Below are positions 29,536-40,622 of a stretch of 64,000 nucleotides of DNA, one piece after another. The translations under genes and the position numbers were made by a program. Below the pieces are notes generated by a model. The model was not told the origin of the DNA. It saw only the letters and a program-made list of their open reading frames with translations, and made no database searches. Numbering within the stretch: position 1 is the first letter of the stretch; every line of letters begins with the position of its first letter. Origin of the DNA: an uncultured Actinomycetota bacterium (lineage in GTDB: Bacteria > Actinomycetota > Actinomycetes > Mycobacteriales > Micromonosporaceae); contig CAVUMR010000003.1 in the NCBI GenBank assembly GCA_963742715.1, positions 320,314 to 384,313 of the forward strand. Direction: 5' to 3'.

Positions 29536-32302
29536 ATGACCGAACTGGCGCGGCCGCGCGCCGCCCGCCTGCCCGACCGCCCGTCGCTCGACGGGCTCGA
29601 GGACAAGTGGGCGCGCCGCTGGCAGCAGGACGACACGTACGCCTTCGACCGGACCCGGAGCCGGTCGGAGGTATACGCGATCGACACCCCGCCGCTGACC
29701 GCGTCCGGTTCGCTGCACATCGGGCACGTCTTCTCGTACACCCACACCGATCTGGTCGCCCGGTACCACCGGATGCGCGGCAAAGCGGTGTTCTACCCGA
29801 TGGGTTGGGACGACAACGGGCTGCCGACCGAGCGCCGGGTACAGAACTACTTCGGGGTGCGGTGCGACCCGACCCTGCACTACCTGCCCGACTACGAGCC
29901 GCCGCGCAGCGGGGGCGGCGGGCGCAGGGGAGAGGACATCCCGGTGTCCCGGCGCAACTTCATCGAGCTGTGTGAACGGCTGTCCGCGCAGGACGAGCAG
30001 GCGTACGAGCAGGTGTGGCGCCGGATCGGGCTGTCCGCCGACTGGTCCCACTCGTACACCACGATCGGGGTCGAGTCGCGCCGGGCGAGCCAGCGCGCGT
30101 TCCTGCGGAACCTGGCCCGGGGCGAGTTGTACGCCGCGGACGGGCCGTCGATCTGGGACACCTCGTTCGGTACCGCCATCGCCCAAGCCGAGCTGGTCGA
30201 CCGTGACCTGCCCGGGGCGTACCACCGGCTGGCCTTTCACCGGGTCACGGCGGGTGAGGACCCCACCGACCCGGAGCACGACGGACCGACCGGTGAGCCG
30301 GTGTACGTGGACACCACCCGGCCGGAGCTGCTGCCAGCCTGCGTGGCGCTGGTCTGCCATCCGGACGACGGGCGGTACGCCGACCTGGTCGGTGAGCGGG
30401 TGCGTACGCCGCTGTTCGGCGTCGAGGTGCCGGTGTACCCGCATCCGCTCGCCGATCCGGACAAGGGCACCGGAATCGCGATGGTGTGCACGTTCGGCGA
30501 CCTCACCGACGTGATCTGGTGGCGCGAGCTGAAGTTGCCGACCCGCGGCGTGGTCGGCCGGTCCGGCCGCCTGCTGCCGGAACCGCCGCCGGAGCTGGCC
30601 TCCCCACAAGCCGGTTTTCGCGTACGCCCGGCTGGGCGGCCGCAGCGTCGTCGAGGCCCGCGAGGAGATCGTCACGATGCTGCGGGAGTCCGGTGAGCTC
30701 GCCGGCGACCCGCGCCCGGTGACCCATCCGGTGAAGTTCTACGAGTACGGCGACACGCCACTGGAGATCATCAGCACCCGCCAGTGGTACCTGCGCAACG
30801 GCGGCCGCGACGACGACCGGCGGGCCGAGGTGCTGGCCCGCGGCCGCGAGCTGCACTGGGTGCCGGGCCACATGCGCCGGCGGTACGAGCACTGGGTCGA
30901 GGGGCTCACCAGCGACTGGCTGATCAGCCGGCAGCGGTACTTCGGCGTGCCGATCCCGGTGTGGTACCCGCTGGACGACGACGGCGAGCCGCGCTTCGAC
31001 CGGCCGCTGCTACCGGCCGAGAGCCGGCTGCCGGTCGACCCGTCCGCCGACGTGCCGGAGGGGTACGCCGAGTTCCAGCGCGGCCACCCCGGCGGCTTCG
31101 TCGCCGACCCGGACGTGATGGACACCTGGGCGACCTCGTCGCTCACCCCGTTGATCGCCGGCGGTTGGGAGCGCGATCCGGACCTGTTCGGCCGGGTGTT
31201 CCCGATGGACCTGCGACCGCAGGCACACGAGATCATCCGTACCTGGCTGTTCTCCACGATCGTGCGCAGCCACCTGGAGTTCGGCGTGCTGCCGTGGCGG
31301 GACGCGGTGATCTCCGGCTGGATCCTCGACCCGGACCGGAAGAAGATGTCCAAGTCCCGGGGGAACGTGGTCACCCCGATGGACGTGCTGGACCAGTACG
31401 GCTCGGACGCGGTGCGGTACTGGGCCGCCACCGGCCGGCCGGGCGCGGACCTGGCCTTCGACCCCAACCAGGTGCGGATCGGCCGGCGGCTCGCGACGAA
31501 ACTGCTGAACGCCGCGAAGTTCGTCCTGGGCCTGACCGAGCAGCCGATCAGCGACGACGGCACCGCCGCGGCCGGGGACACCGGTGTCGCGGCCGACGGC
31601 CGGAGCAGGTCCGCGGCCGGTCCGCGGAGTGTTGCCGCGGCCGGTTCCCGGAGTGTGGCCGCGGCCGGTTCCCGGAGTGTTGCCGCGGCCGGTTCCCGGA
31701 GTGTGGCCGCGGCCGACGTGACCGCGCCGCTCGACCTGGCCATGCTCGCCGAACTGTCCACTGTGCTCACCGACGCCACCGCCGCGTTCGAGGCGTACGA
31801 CCACACCGGCGCGCTGGACGCCACCGAACGATTCTTCTGGACGTTCTGCGACGACTACCTGGAACTGGTGAAGGAGCGCGCGTACGGTACCCGCGGGCTG
31901 GACGGAGCCGCTTCGGCGCGGGCCGCGCTCACCCTCGCCCTGTCCGTCCAGTTGCGACTGTTCGCGCCGTTCCTGCCGTACGTGACCGAGGAGATCTGGT
32001 CCTGGTGGCGGTACGGCTCGGTGCACCGGGCGCCGTGGCCCGCTCCGGGCGAGCTCGCCCGCGGAGGCGAGCCGGCCGTACTGGCGGCCGCGAGCGAGGC
32101 GATCAGGCAGGTACGACGAGCCAAGTCCGAGCGCAAGCTGTCGATGCGTGCGGAGATTCCGCTGGCCGAGGTGCTCGCGCCGGAGGAGGACGCCGAGCGG
32201 GTGGCTGCCGTGGTGGACGACCTGCGCGCGGCCGGCCGGATCATCCGGCTGGACATCAGGCCCGGTACGGCACCGGAGCTGATCGTCGCCTGCGCGTTCT
32301 AG
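29536..32302 (+). pseudogene. valS: valine-tRNA ligase, reading frame broken by one extra nt (possibly an assembly error)
   Basis: ORFs 29536..30696 and 30677..32302 are the two halves of ValS (HIGH as SLHIGH, KMSKS present, TWATSS, WLISRQRYFG). Removing one T from the T4 run at 30615-30618 gives ...[34 protein letters not shown]... in one frame. Total length is 3n+1. Confidence 0.9.
31613..31716 (+). repeat. 24-nt in-frame tandem repeat x4.3 inside valS
   Basis: GCGGCCGGTTCCCGGAGTGT(G/T)GCC units at 31613, 31637, 31661 and 31685, plus a partial copy. They encode (AAGSRSVA)n. Confidence 0.9.
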
Positions 32303-32317
32303 CCTCCGGATCCGGCC

Positions 32318-32341
32318 GGGTCGCGGCGAGGCCCGCGGCCC
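32318..32341 (+). terminator. possible terminator hairpin after valS
   Basis: GGGTCGCGG-cgaggc-CCGCGGCCC, a 9-bp stem with one G-U pair, 16 nt after the stop. Confidence 0.3.
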
Positions 32342-32462
32342 GCTGGGAGAACACCGGCGCCGCCACGCGGATCCGGCACGGCGCGGCCGCACCCGACGCG
32401 GTCAGGCTCAGCGCGGTCAGGCTCAGCGCGGCCGGGCCCGGCTCGGTCGAGCCGCGCAGGGG

Positions 32463-33314
32463 CTAGAAGCCTCCGAAGTCCCCGCCGCCGAAGTCGCCCC
32501 CGCCGAAATCACCGCCGCCGAAGTCGAAGCCGCTGCTGTCGCCACCGAAGTCGCCGCCGTAGTCCCCACCGTCGCCGCCATAGTCCCCGCCATCACCGCC
32601 GCTGTCCCCACCGTCTCCCCCGTCACCGCCGCCGTCGCCACCGTCGTGGTCGTCGGCGTACTCGACGCCGTCGGCGAAGCCGGAGTCGTACCCGCCGGCG
32701 CCGAAGGCGGGACTGAACAACGCGTCGAACAGCAGCACGCTGCCGACCCCCCAGGCGCCGGCCACCAGCGCGGTCTTCCACCAGGGCTCGCTGTACCAAC
32801 CGCCCGGCACCGGCCGCCCGGCCACCATGCCACCGGGGTAGTAGTACGGCGTCTCGCCGCCCGGGCGAGGGCTCGCCTTGTACGCGTGGCCCTGCACCTC
32901 GACCTCGCGGTCCTTGGTCAGCGTGCCGGCGTTGCGCTGGCCCGGCATCGGCGGCAGCTCCGGACCCGGATCGAGACCCATCGCGGTACGAGCCGCGCGT
33001 GCGTAGTACAAGCCCTCCAGCGCGGTGTAGCCGGCCAGCTCGAACTGCCGTGCCGTGGTGGAGCGCTCCAGTTGGCTGCCCGCGGCGTTGTACCGCTCAC
33101 CGGCGTCCACCAGCGCCTGCTTCACCGCCGCGTCGTCGTTCGGGGCGAGGTTCATCACCTGGCCGCCGAGCCGCTCGTACCACCGCTGTGCCTCTTCGCG
33201 GGCGTCGGCCAGCTGGCGCGCGGCGCGCTGCTGCCGGGAACGCTGCCAGAGCACGCCGCCACCGGCCACGCCGCCGACGAGGACGACAAGGAGAACGAGG
33301 CTTACCGGGTCCAT
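32463..33314 (-). CDS. membrane protein with a Gly/Asp-rich repetitive C-terminal tail
   Basis: ATG 33314; upstream codons of the track ORF have low GC3. N-terminal TM helix (VSLVLLVVLVGGVAGGGVLW), a second TM near WWKTALVAGAWGVGSVLLF, and the tail ...GGDGGGDGGDGGDSGGDGGDYGGDGGDYGGDFGGDSSGFDFGGGDFGGGDFGGGDFGGF. Confidence 0.65.
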   Translation of the reverse strand: MDPVSLVLLVVLVGGVAGGGVLWQRSRQQRAARQLADAREEAQRWYERLGGQVMNLAPNDDAAVKQALVDAGERYNAAGSQLERSTTARQFELAGYTALEGLYYARAARTAMGLDPGPELPPMPGQRNAGTLTKDREVEVQGHAYKASPRPGGETPYYYPGGMVAGRPVPGGWYSEPWWKTALVAGAWGVGSVLLFDALFSPAFGAGGYDSGFADGVEYADDHDGGDGGGDGGDGGDSGGDGGDYGGDGGDYGGDFGGDSSGFDFGGGDFGGGDFGGGDFGGF

Positions 33315-33445
33315 ACGGGAAACGGTACCCGGTAACCGGCATCCACCGGTGGCCACCCGAGCGGCCCCGTTCCGCGGGGACACGACGGCGGCCGGCGCGG
33401 CGGGGCAACGTGATTTCGTCGTACCGGCCATGCATTCTCGGCGAT

Positions 33446-34678
33446 ATGGATCTCCTAGCCGTGCTGCTCGTCGCCGTGATCTGCCTGTCCGCCGGAGCGG
33501 TGATCGGCTGGCTGGCAGCGCGCGGCCGGTCGGCGGCGGACGTGGCCGGGTTGTCCGCCCGGCTGCAGGCGATGCGGGAAGGCGAGCAACGGCTGGAGCA
33601 GTCGCTGCGGGTGCTGTCCCATGACGCCGCCCGGGAGCAGAGCGGAGCGGTCGCGCACCTGGTCGAGCCGCTCAAGGAGAGCCTGTCGCGGTACGAAGCT
33701 CAGCTCGCCGAGCTGGAGCGCAGCCGGATCGGGGCGTATGCCGAGCTGCGCGCCCAGGTGCGCGAGTCGCAGGCGGTCTCGGACCGGCTGCGCACCGAGA
33801 CCAGCCAACTGGTGGCCGCGTTGCGCGCCCCGCAGGTGCGCGGCCGCTGGGGCGAGCACCAGCTCCGCCGCATCATCGAGGCGGCCGGCATGCTCGAACA
33901 CTGCGACTTCGACGAGCAGGTGACCAGCTCCACCGACACCGCTGTGGTACGGCCGGATCTGCTGGTCCGGCTGGCCGGTGGCCGGCACGTCGTGGTCGAC
34001 GCGAAGGTGCCCTTCAACGCGTACCTGGAGGCGATGGAGGCGCGGGACGAGCGGACCCGACTCGCGCACCTGGACGCGCACGCCAAGCACCTGCGCGCAC
34101 ACGTCGACCAGCTGGGCCACAAAAGATACTGGGAGGCGTTCAGCTTCACGCCGGAGTTCGTGGTCCTGTTCGTGCCGGCCGATCCGTTCCTCGACGTCGC
34201 GCTGCAGCGCGATGCCTCCCTGCTCGAGTACGCCTTCGCCCGCAACGTCGTACTCGCCACCCCGGCCACGCTGGTGGCGATGCTCCGCACGGTCGCGTAC
34301 ACCTGGCGACAGGAGGCGCTCGCGCGCAATGCCGCCGAGGTACACACGCTGGGCCGGGAGCTGTACGGCCGGCTCGCCACCATGGGCTCCCACCTGGCGA
34401 AGGTGGGCGGTTCACTGCAGGGCGCGGTCCACTCGTACAACAAGGCGATCGGCTCGATGGAGAGCCGGGTGCTGGTGACCGCCCGCAAGTTCGCCGACCT
34501 CGGGATCGCCGGAAGCGTCTCCTCGGCGGAGGAGCTGGCGACCCCGCCGCAGGTCGAGATCGTGCCGCGGCAACTGCAGGCGCCGGAGCTGGTGGCCAGC
34601 GAGCAGTCCGCGCTGGTCGCGTTCGAGGATCGACCGACGACGTTCGACGCGGATTCCCGGCGCGCGGCGGGGCACTAA
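33446..34678 (+). CDS. rmuC: DNA recombination protein RmuC
   Basis: ATG 33446, an N-terminal TM helix and a long coiled coil. The nuclease-like C-terminus (RGRWGEHQLRRIIE...VVVDAKVPF...EFVVLFVP) is typical of RmuC. Confidence 0.9.
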   Translation: MDLLAVLLVAVICLSAGAVIGWLAARGRSAADVAGLSARLQAMREGEQRLEQSLRVLSHDAAREQSGAVAHLVEPLKESLSRYEAQLAELERSRIGAYAELRAQVRESQAVSDRLRTETSQLVAALRAPQVRGRWGEHQLRRIIEAAGMLEHCDFDEQVTSSTDTAVVRPDLLVRLAGGRHVVVDAKVPFNAYLEAMEARDERTRLAHLDAHAKHLRAHVDQLGHKRYWEAFSFTPEFVVLFVPADPFLDVALQRDASLLEYAFARNVVLATPATLVAMLRTVAYTWRQEALARNAAEVHTLGRELYGRLATMGSHLAKVGGSLQGAVHSYNKAIGSMESRVLVTARKFADLGIAGSVSSAEELATPPQVEIVPRQLQAPELVASEQSALVAFEDRPTTFDADSRRAAGH

Positions 34679-34756
34679 GGACGGCGCGCGGCGGGGCACT
34701 AAGGACGGCGCGCGGCGGGGCACTAAGGGCGGCGCGCGGCCGGACACTAAGGACCA
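34661..34756 (+). repeat. 24-nt tandem repeat x4 (plus a degenerate fifth) that spans the rmuC stop codon
   Basis: CGCGCGGCGGGGCACTAAGGACGG occurs at 34661, 34685, 34709 (1 mismatch) and 34733 (degenerate). The first copy holds the rmuC TAA (34676-34678). Confidence 0.9.
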
Positions 34757-34804
34757 CGCGCGTCGGTCACTGGGGCGCGCGGCCGGGCGGGCTGGCCGCC
34801 GGCG

Positions 34805-35788
34805 CTACTCCCCGGCGGCGCTCTGGCGCTTGGCCGCGGCGCGCATGTCGCGCTTGAGCTCCTGCGGCAGCGAGAAGATCAGCCGCTCCTGGGCGGTGGT
34901 GATCTCCTCGACCGTGTCGTACCCGCGCGCGGCCAGGTACTCGAGCACCTCGCTGACCAGGTCCTCCGGTACGGACGCGCCAGAGGTGAGGCCGACCGTG
35001 GTAGCACCGGTGAGCCACTCGTCGTCGATCTCGTCGGCATAGTCGACCAGATACGCCGCGCGCGCCCCGGCGTCGACCGCGACCTCGCGCAGCCGCTGCG
35101 AGTTGGACGAGTTCTGCGAGCCGACCACGATCACCACGTCACACTCGCGGGCGATCTCCTTGACCGACTCCTGCCGGTTGGAGGTGGCGTAGCAGATGTC
35201 GTCGCTCGGGGGCGACTCCAGCGCCGGGAACTGCTCCGACAGCCGGCCGACGGTCTGCATGGTCTCGTCCACCGACAGCGTGGTCTGGGACAGCCAGACG
35301 ACCCTGCTCGGATCCTTGACCCGCACGTTCGCCACGTCGTCCGGCCCGTCCACCAGGTGGATCCGACCCGGCGCCTCACCCATCGTGCCGATGACCTCCT
35401 CGTGGCCTTCGTGCCCAATCAGCAGGATGTCGTACTGGTCCGCGGCGTACCGCCGGGCCTCCTGGTGCACCTTCGTCACCAACGGGCAGGTGGCGTCGAT
35501 CGCCCGCAGGTTGCGCTCCCGGGCCTGGTCGTACACCTCCGGCGCGACGCCGTGCGCGGAGAAGACCACGGTGGCGCCCTCGGGCACCTCCGCGTTCTCC
35601 TCCACGAAGATCGCGCCCTTGCGCTCGAGGGTGGCGACGACATGCTTGTTGTGCACGATCTGCTTGCGTACATAGATCGGCGCGCCGTACAGCTCGAGTG
35701 CCTTCTCGACCGTTTCGACCGCGCGATCGACCCCCGCGCAGTAACCACGGGGCTTGGCGAGCAGAACGCGTTTCACTGTCTCGGGCAC
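34805..35788 (-). CDS. ispH: 4-hydroxy-3-methylbut-2-enyl diphosphate reductase
   Basis: [23 protein letters not shown], ...VHNKHVV, HGV, SSNS. GTG 35788 chosen because the ATG at 35869 would overlap the divergent xseA start and the intervening codons have low GC3. Confidence 0.9.
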   Translation of the reverse strand: MPETVKRVLLAKPRGYCAGVDRAVETVEKALELYGAPIYVRKQIVHNKHVVATLERKGAIFVEENAEVPEGATVVFSAHGVAPEVYDQARERNLRAIDATCPLVTKVHQEARRYAADQYDILLIGHEGHEEVIGTMGEAPGRIHLVDGPDDVANVRVKDPSRVVWLSQTTLSVDETMQTVGRLSEQFPALESPPSDDICYATSNRQESVKEIARECDVVIVVGSQNSSNSQRLREVAVDAGARAAYLVDYADEIDDEWLTGATTVGLTSGASVPEDLVSEVLEYLAARGYDTVEEITTAQERLIFSLPQELKRDMRAAAKRQSAAGE

Positions 35789-35853
35789 GCGGCCATGGTA
35801 CGCGGAGCCGCGGCACACCCTTGGATGTCGGACCTGCTCCGTAAGCTGCCGGT

Positions 35854-37461
35854 GTGACTGACCTGACACGATCGGGCCGCGGCCAGGCGGGCCACTCCGG
35901 CCCTTCCGGCAGCGGCCCTTCCGGCAGCGGGCCAGCCGGCAGCGGGCCAGCGCGCAATGCGCCAGCCGGCACCGCGCAGTCGGCCAGCGGCGCGGCGCCG
36001 GCCGGCGACCGGACCTCGGCGCTGGAGCCGTGGCCGGTCCGGGTGGTCAGCCAGAAGATCAGCGGGTGGATCAACAGGCTCGGCTGGGTCTGGGTGGAGG
36101 GCCAGATCGCGCAGGTCACCCGCCGTCCCGGCGCCAGCACGGTTTTCCTCACCCTGCGCGACCCGTCCGCCGACATCAGCCTGCCGGTGACCTGCTGGCG
36201 GGAGGTGTACGACGACTGCGAGCCGCCGCTACGCGAAGGCGCCCGGATCGTGGTGCACGCCAAGCCCGAGTTCTACGCCGCCCGCGGCACCCTGTCGCTG
36301 CGCGCGGACGAACTGCGGCAGGTCGGTCTCGGCGAGCTGCTGGCCCGGCTGGAGCGGCTGAAGAAGCTGCTCGCCGCCGAAGGGCTCTTCGACCGGGAGT
36401 ACAAACGTGCCCTGCCGTTCCTGCCGCACCGGGTGGGCCTGATCACCGGGCGGGCCAGCGCGGCCGAACGGGACGTGCTGAGCAACGCGCGCCGGCGCTG
36501 GCCCGCCGTCGCGTTCGAGGTGATCAACGTGCCGGTACAGGGCCCGACCGCGGTACCGGAGATGATCGACGCGATCGCGGCACTCGACCGGGATCCGGCC
36601 GTGGACGTGATCGTGCTGGCCCGGGGCGGCGGCAGCATGGAGGACCTGTTGCCGTTCTCGGATGAGGCGCTGTGCCGGGCGGTGTTCGCCTGCCGTACTC
36701 CCCTGATCAGCGCCGTCGGCCACGAGACGGACACGCCGCTGGTCGACTTCGTCGCGGATGTACGCGCCTCCACACCGACCGACGCGGCGAAACGGCTGGT
36801 ACCGGACCTGGTGGAGGAGCGCCGCACGATCGAGGTGGCCCGGCGCCGGTTGGTACGAGCCGTCGACACGATGCTCGACCGCGAGCAGCACCGGCTCGAC
36901 GCCATCCGGTCCCGGCCGGTGCTGGCCCGGCCGTTGGTGCTGGTCGAGGCGCGGGCGACCGAGGTGTCGTCGCTACTCGACCGGGCCCGTCGGTACGTCG
37001 GGCACCGGCTCGACCAGGGGCACGGGGACCTCGGCCACCTCCGGGCACGGCTGCGCGCCCTGTCCCCCGCGGCCACTCTCGACCGGGGGTACGCGGTGGT
37101 GCAGCGGGCCACCGACGGCGCGGTGGTCCGGCGGCCGGCAGACGTACGTGCCGGCGCGAAGCTGCGACTGCGCCTGGCCGAAGGTGAGCTGGGAGCAACC
37201 GCGGACGAGCCGGGTTCGGCCGGCCCTTCGGATGGCGTCGACCTGGCCGGCCCCGCCGGCGGCGGCATGGGCCGCGACGACCTGGCCGGCCCCGAGGGCG
37301 GCGACAATGTTGCCGGCCCCGGCGGCGCCGACGGCACTGGCGACGCGGCGGGCTGGTCCGGCGCCAGCGATGACGCCGGAGCAGCCACACCTGATCCACC
37401 GGGGCCGGAGGACCGGTCAGGACCCGAGGATCACCACGACCGTAAGGTGTCGTCCCGATGA
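35854..37461 (+). CDS. xseA: exodeoxyribonuclease VII large subunit
   Basis: OB-fold N-terminal region ([21 protein letters not shown]) and a catalytic core ([32 protein letters not shown]). Low-complexity N- and C-terminal tails carry short tandem repeats (GPSGS x3 at 35899-35943). Confidence 0.9.
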   Translation: MTDLTRSGRGQAGHSGPSGSGPSGSGPAGSGPARNAPAGTAQSASGAAPAGDRTSALEPWPVRVVSQKISGWINRLGWVWVEGQIAQVTRRPGASTVFLTLRDPSADISLPVTCWREVYDDCEPPLREGARIVVHAKPEFYAARGTLSLRADELRQVGLGELLARLERLKKLLAAEGLFDREYKRALPFLPHRVGLITGRASAAERDVLSNARRRWPAVAFEVINVPVQGPTAVPEMIDAIAALDRDPAVDVIVLARGGGSMEDLLPFSDEALCRAVFACRTPLISAVGHETDTPLVDFVADVRASTPTDAAKRLVPDLVEERRTIEVARRRLVRAVDTMLDREQHRLDAIRSRPVLARPLVLVEARATEVSSLLDRARRYVGHRLDQGHGDLGHLRARLRALSPAATLDRGYAVVQRATDGAVVRRPADVRAGAKLRLRLAEGELGATADEPGSAGPSDGVDLAGPAGGGMGRDDLAGPEGGDNVAGPGGADGTGDAAGWSGASDDAGAATPDPPGPEDRSGPEDHHDRKVSSR

Positions 37462-37736
37462 GCGACGAGAAAACCGCAAAGGGAACCAGCCGGTCACGCG
37501 CCAGCAAAGGGACAGACCCGACAGGCGGGCAGAATCAGCTCAGTTACGAGCAGGCCCGGGCCGAGCTGGCCACGGTGGTCGAGCGGCTCGAGGCCGGCGG
37601 TACCTCGCTCGAGGACTCGCTGGCGCTGTGGGAACGCGGCGAGCGGCTCGCCGACATCTGCCAGTCCTGGCTCGACGGCGCGCGGCAGCGGTTGGACGCG
37701 GCCCGCCAGGCACCCGCCGACGAATCCGGCAGCTGA
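37458..37736 (+). CDS. xseB: exodeoxyribonuclease VII small subunit
   Basis: ATGA overlap with xse[38 protein letters not shown] is the XseB signature. Confidence 0.9.
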   Translation: MSDEKTAKGTSRSRASKGTDPTGGQNQLSYEQARAELATVVERLEAGGTSLEDSLALWERGERLADICQSWLDGARQRLDAARQAPADESGS

Positions 37737-37762
37737 CCAGCCGACCTACAACAATCCCGCGG

Positions 37763-38341
37763 TCAGCGCAGCGCGCCGGCCAGCGCCCGCAACTCGCGGT
37801 CCGGTACCCGCCCGATGACCACGATCGTGCGCCGCGGCTCCAGCAACACCAGGGCGCGTTCACCGTCGCGCGCGGCGTACACCTGCCAGTCCTTGCCGCT
37901 GATCGCGACGGTTCCGTCCGGGCGGGCCTGGGCGCCCAACTCGGCGGGGAGCAGTTTCTCCGACGACAGGTCACTCTGCAGCAGCAGGACGCCGTCGTCG
38001 TCCGGCGTGAGGTACCCGATGCGGATCGTCAAACCGCCGTCGCCATGGTCGAGGGTCGCGCTGGTGGCGCGCCAGCCGGAGGCCAGGCCGGTCGGTTCCG
38101 CCACCGGGAACCGGTCGGCGGTGCTGGCCTCGGCAAGCACCGGCGCCGGGTCGACCACCGTCGCGTCGTTGCCCGAGCTGAGGAACTGCCACAGCCAGAT
38201 GGCCCCGAAGATCGGCAGCAGCAGCACGAGCATCGACAAAGCCATGTCCCGCACCGAGCGGCCACCGGTCGGCCGCGGCGTCGCCGCAGCCGGTCCGGCC
38301 GGCGGATCGGGCCGGGTGCCGGCGCTGCTCGGGGTAGCCAC
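37763..38341 (-). CDS. DUF4245 family membrane-anchored protein
   Basis: GTG 38341 with a GAGGA SD 7 nt upstream. [24 protein letters not shown], then [17 protein letters not shown]. The position between xseB and glpX matches the Rv1100 neighbourhood as I remember it. Confidence 0.7.
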   Translation of the reverse strand: MATPSSAGTRPDPPAGPAAATPRPTGGRSVRDMALSMLVLLLPIFGAIWLWQFLSSGNDATVVDPAPVLAEASTADRFPVAEPTGLASGWRATSATLDHGDGGLTIRIGYLTPDDDGVLLLQSDLSSEKLLPAELGAQARPDGTVAISGKDWQVYAARDGERALVLLEPRRTIVVIGRVPDRELRALAGALR

Positions 38342-38566
38342 GGTGCCATCCTCGCCGACCGCGCATCGGCGATCCCCGCCGGGTTGACCAGGGACACCGT
38401 TCGGGCTGACCGACGGCACCAGCCGGGCGTCGCAGTTGGCACTGTTCGCGCGATAGTCCACCGGGTCTGGAAGGATTCCCGCATGGTGGCGTCCGCCGCT
38501 GGGCGACCGGTTCTGCTCCGGCATCGCGCGGTCGACGCCGAGGCCCGCCAACACGAGGGGGACGAG

Positions 38567-39622
38567 ATGGCTGCTCCGACTTCGACCGCACCGGAGGGCT
38601 CCACCCGGTCGCGCCGCACCGAGGGCCTGGACCGGAACCTCGCGTTGGACCTGGTCCGGGTGACCGAGGCCGCCGCGATGGCCGCCGGCCGGTGGGTCGG
38701 TCGCGGCGACAAGGAGGGCGGCGACCAGGCCGCGGTGGACGCGATGCGGCTGCTGATCAACTCGATCCCGATGCGCGGCGTCGTGGTCATCGGCGAGGGC
38801 GAAAAAGACAACGCCCCGATGCTGTACAACGGCGAAGAGGTCGGCGACGGCACCGGGCCGGCCGTGGACGTCGCGGTCGACCCGGTCGACGGTACGACCC
38901 TGATGAGCAAAGGAATGCCGAACGCGATCGCGGTACTCGCGGTAGCCGAGCGCAACGCGATGTTCGACCCGTCCGCGGTGTTCTACATGGAGAAACTCGC
39001 GGTCGGTCCGGACTGTGTCGACTGCATCGACATCACCGCACCGGCGGCGGAGAACCTGCGCCGGATCGCGAAGGTGAAGAACTCCGCGGTGTCCGACGTG
39101 AACGTGATGATCCTCGACCGGGCCCGGCACCAGGAACTGGTACGTGAGATCCGGGATGCCGGCGCGCGGGTGCACTTCGTCAGCGACGGCGACGTGGCCG
39201 GTGCGATCGCGGCGGCGCGTGAGGGCAGCGGCATCGACGTACTGATGGGCATCGGCGGTACCCCCGAAGGCATCATCGCCGCGTGCGCGCTCAAGTGCCT
39301 GGGCGGCGCCCTGCAGGCCCGGCTCTGGCCGCGCGACGACGAGGAGCGGCAGAAGGCCATCGACGCCGGGCACGACCTCGACCGGGTACTCGACACCGAC
39401 GACCTGGTATCCGGCGACAACATCTTCTTCTGCGCGACCGGCGTGACCGAGGGAAGCCTGCTGCGCGGCGTGCGGTACCGGGCCGGCGGCGCGACCACGC
39501 AGTCGATCGTGATGCGCTCCAAGAGCGGCACGATCCGGGTCATCGACAGCTACCACCAGCTGGCGAAGCTGCGGGCGTACTCACTCATCGACTTCGACGG
39601 CCAGCCACTCGACGAGGCGTGA
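38567..39622 (+). CDS. glpX: class II fructose-1,6-bisphosphatase
   Basis: ATG 38567 with a [76 protein letters not shown]. Confidence 0.9.
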   Translation: MAAPTSTAPEGSTRSRRTEGLDRNLALDLVRVTEAAAMAAGRWVGRGDKEGGDQAAVDAMRLLINSIPMRGVVVIGEGEKDNAPMLYNGEEVGDGTGPAVDVAVDPVDGTTLMSKGMPNAIAVLAVAERNAMFDPSAVFYMEKLAVGPDCVDCIDITAPAAENLRRIAKVKNSAVSDVNVMILDRARHQELVREIRDAGARVHFVSDGDVAGAIAAAREGSGIDVLMGIGGTPEGIIAACALKCLGGALQARLWPRDDEERQKAIDAGHDLDRVLDTDDLVSGDNIFFCATGVTEGSLLRGVRYRAGGATTQSIVMRSKSGTIRVIDSYHQLAKLRAYSLIDFDGQPLDEA

Positions 39623-40617
39623 CCTCACCCGGCCGGCGCGCGATCGTCGTCGCCGGCGAGAGCGTCGTCGATCTGGTACCCGCGGCTGACGGGCTGATCC
39701 GGCCGGTACTCGGCGGGGGTCCGGCGAACATCGCGGTGACGGTCGCCCGGCTCGGCGTACCGGTCCGGATGCTCGCCCGGTTGGGCGCGGACGACTTCGG
39801 CCGGCGGGTACGTGTCCGACTGGTCGACGCGGGAGTCGACCCGCAATACCTCGTACCGTCCGGCGATCCGTCCACGCTCGCGCTGGTCACGTTGGACGAT
39901 GCCGGCCGGGCCGAGTACGACTTCTGGCTCAACGGTGCCGCCGACTTCGGCTGGCGGGAGTCCGAACTGCCGCCACTGCCCGGCGACGCGACGGCCGACG
40001 TGGCCGTCGCCGCGCTGCACGTCGGGTCGCTGGCCGCGTTCGTGGAACCGGGCGCGAGCGCGCTGGAACGGCTGGTCGCGCGGGTACGCGGCGAGCTGGT
40101 CGTCTCGTTCGACCCGAACCTGCGGCCGGCCGCGCTGGACAGGCTCGACGGCGGCCTGCCCGCGGCCCGGCACCGGTTGGACCGGCTGTGCCGGCTGGCT
40201 CACCTGATCAAGGTGAGCGACGAGGATCTCGCGGCGGCCTACCCCGGCACCCCGCCGGAGCAGGTCGCGGCCGACTGGCTCGGCATCGGCGGCGGGCCGC
40301 AACTGGTCGTACTGACTCTCGGCGGGCACGGTGCGGTGGCGTTCACCCGCACGACCCGGGTGGCCGTACCCGCGGTACCGGTGGAGGTCGCCGACACGAT
40401 CGGCGCGGGTGACACCGCGATGGGTGCCCTGCTGGCCGAGTTGTACCGGCGGGACCTGCTCGGTGACCCGGCCACCGGGCGCCTCACCGGCCTCACCGGC
40501 GACGAGCTGACCGGGATCCTCACCGCCATGACGACGGCGGCCGCGATCACCTGTACCCGCGCCGGTGCCGACCCGCCGACCGGCGACGAACTGGCCGCCG
40601 CGCTGCGCGACCGCTGA
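39619..40617 (+). CDS. PfkB-family carbohydrate kinase (fructokinase-like)
   Basis: Its GTG overlaps the glpX stop (GTGA). N-terminal GESVVDLV and GGGPANIAV; C-terminal [14 protein letters not shown] (PfkB signature 2). Confidence 0.8.
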   Translation: MTSPGRRAIVVAGESVVDLVPAADGLIRPVLGGGPANIAVTVARLGVPVRMLARLGADDFGRRVRVRLVDAGVDPQYLVPSGDPSTLALVTLDDAGRAEYDFWLNGAADFGWRESELPPLPGDATADVAVAALHVGSLAAFVEPGASALERLVARVRGELVVSFDPNLRPAALDRLDGGLPAARHRLDRLCRLAHLIKVSDEDLAAAYPGTPPEQVAADWLGIGGGPQLVVLTLGGHGAVAFTRTTRVAVPAVPVEVADTIGAGDTAMGALLAELYRRDLLGDPATGRLTGLTGDELTGILTAMTTAAAITCTRAGADPPTGDELAAALRDR

Positions 40618-40622
40618 CCGGA

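Noticed and set aside
29203-30675. 5' extension of the 1429-aa track ORF 26386..30675.
   Set aside because: The extension runs antisense through the N-terminal half of valS and has junk composition. The in-frame ATG at 29202 leaves a sensible 333-nt divergent promoter region.
29099-34756. Whether the tandem repeats at 29099, 31613 and 34661 could be CRISPR arrays.
   Set aside because: The units are contiguous with no spacers, are only 18-24 nt long, and two of the arrays are in frame inside genes. No cas genes are present.
36758-38566. First 603 codons of track ORF 36758..39622. Likewise 38342..39556 of ORF 37763..39556, and 39283..39618 of ORF 39283..40617.
   Set aside because: These are read-through of open frames across xseA/xseB or glpX. 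Conserved protein sequence begins only at 38567 (glpX), 38341 (DUF4245) and 39619 (PfkB kinase).
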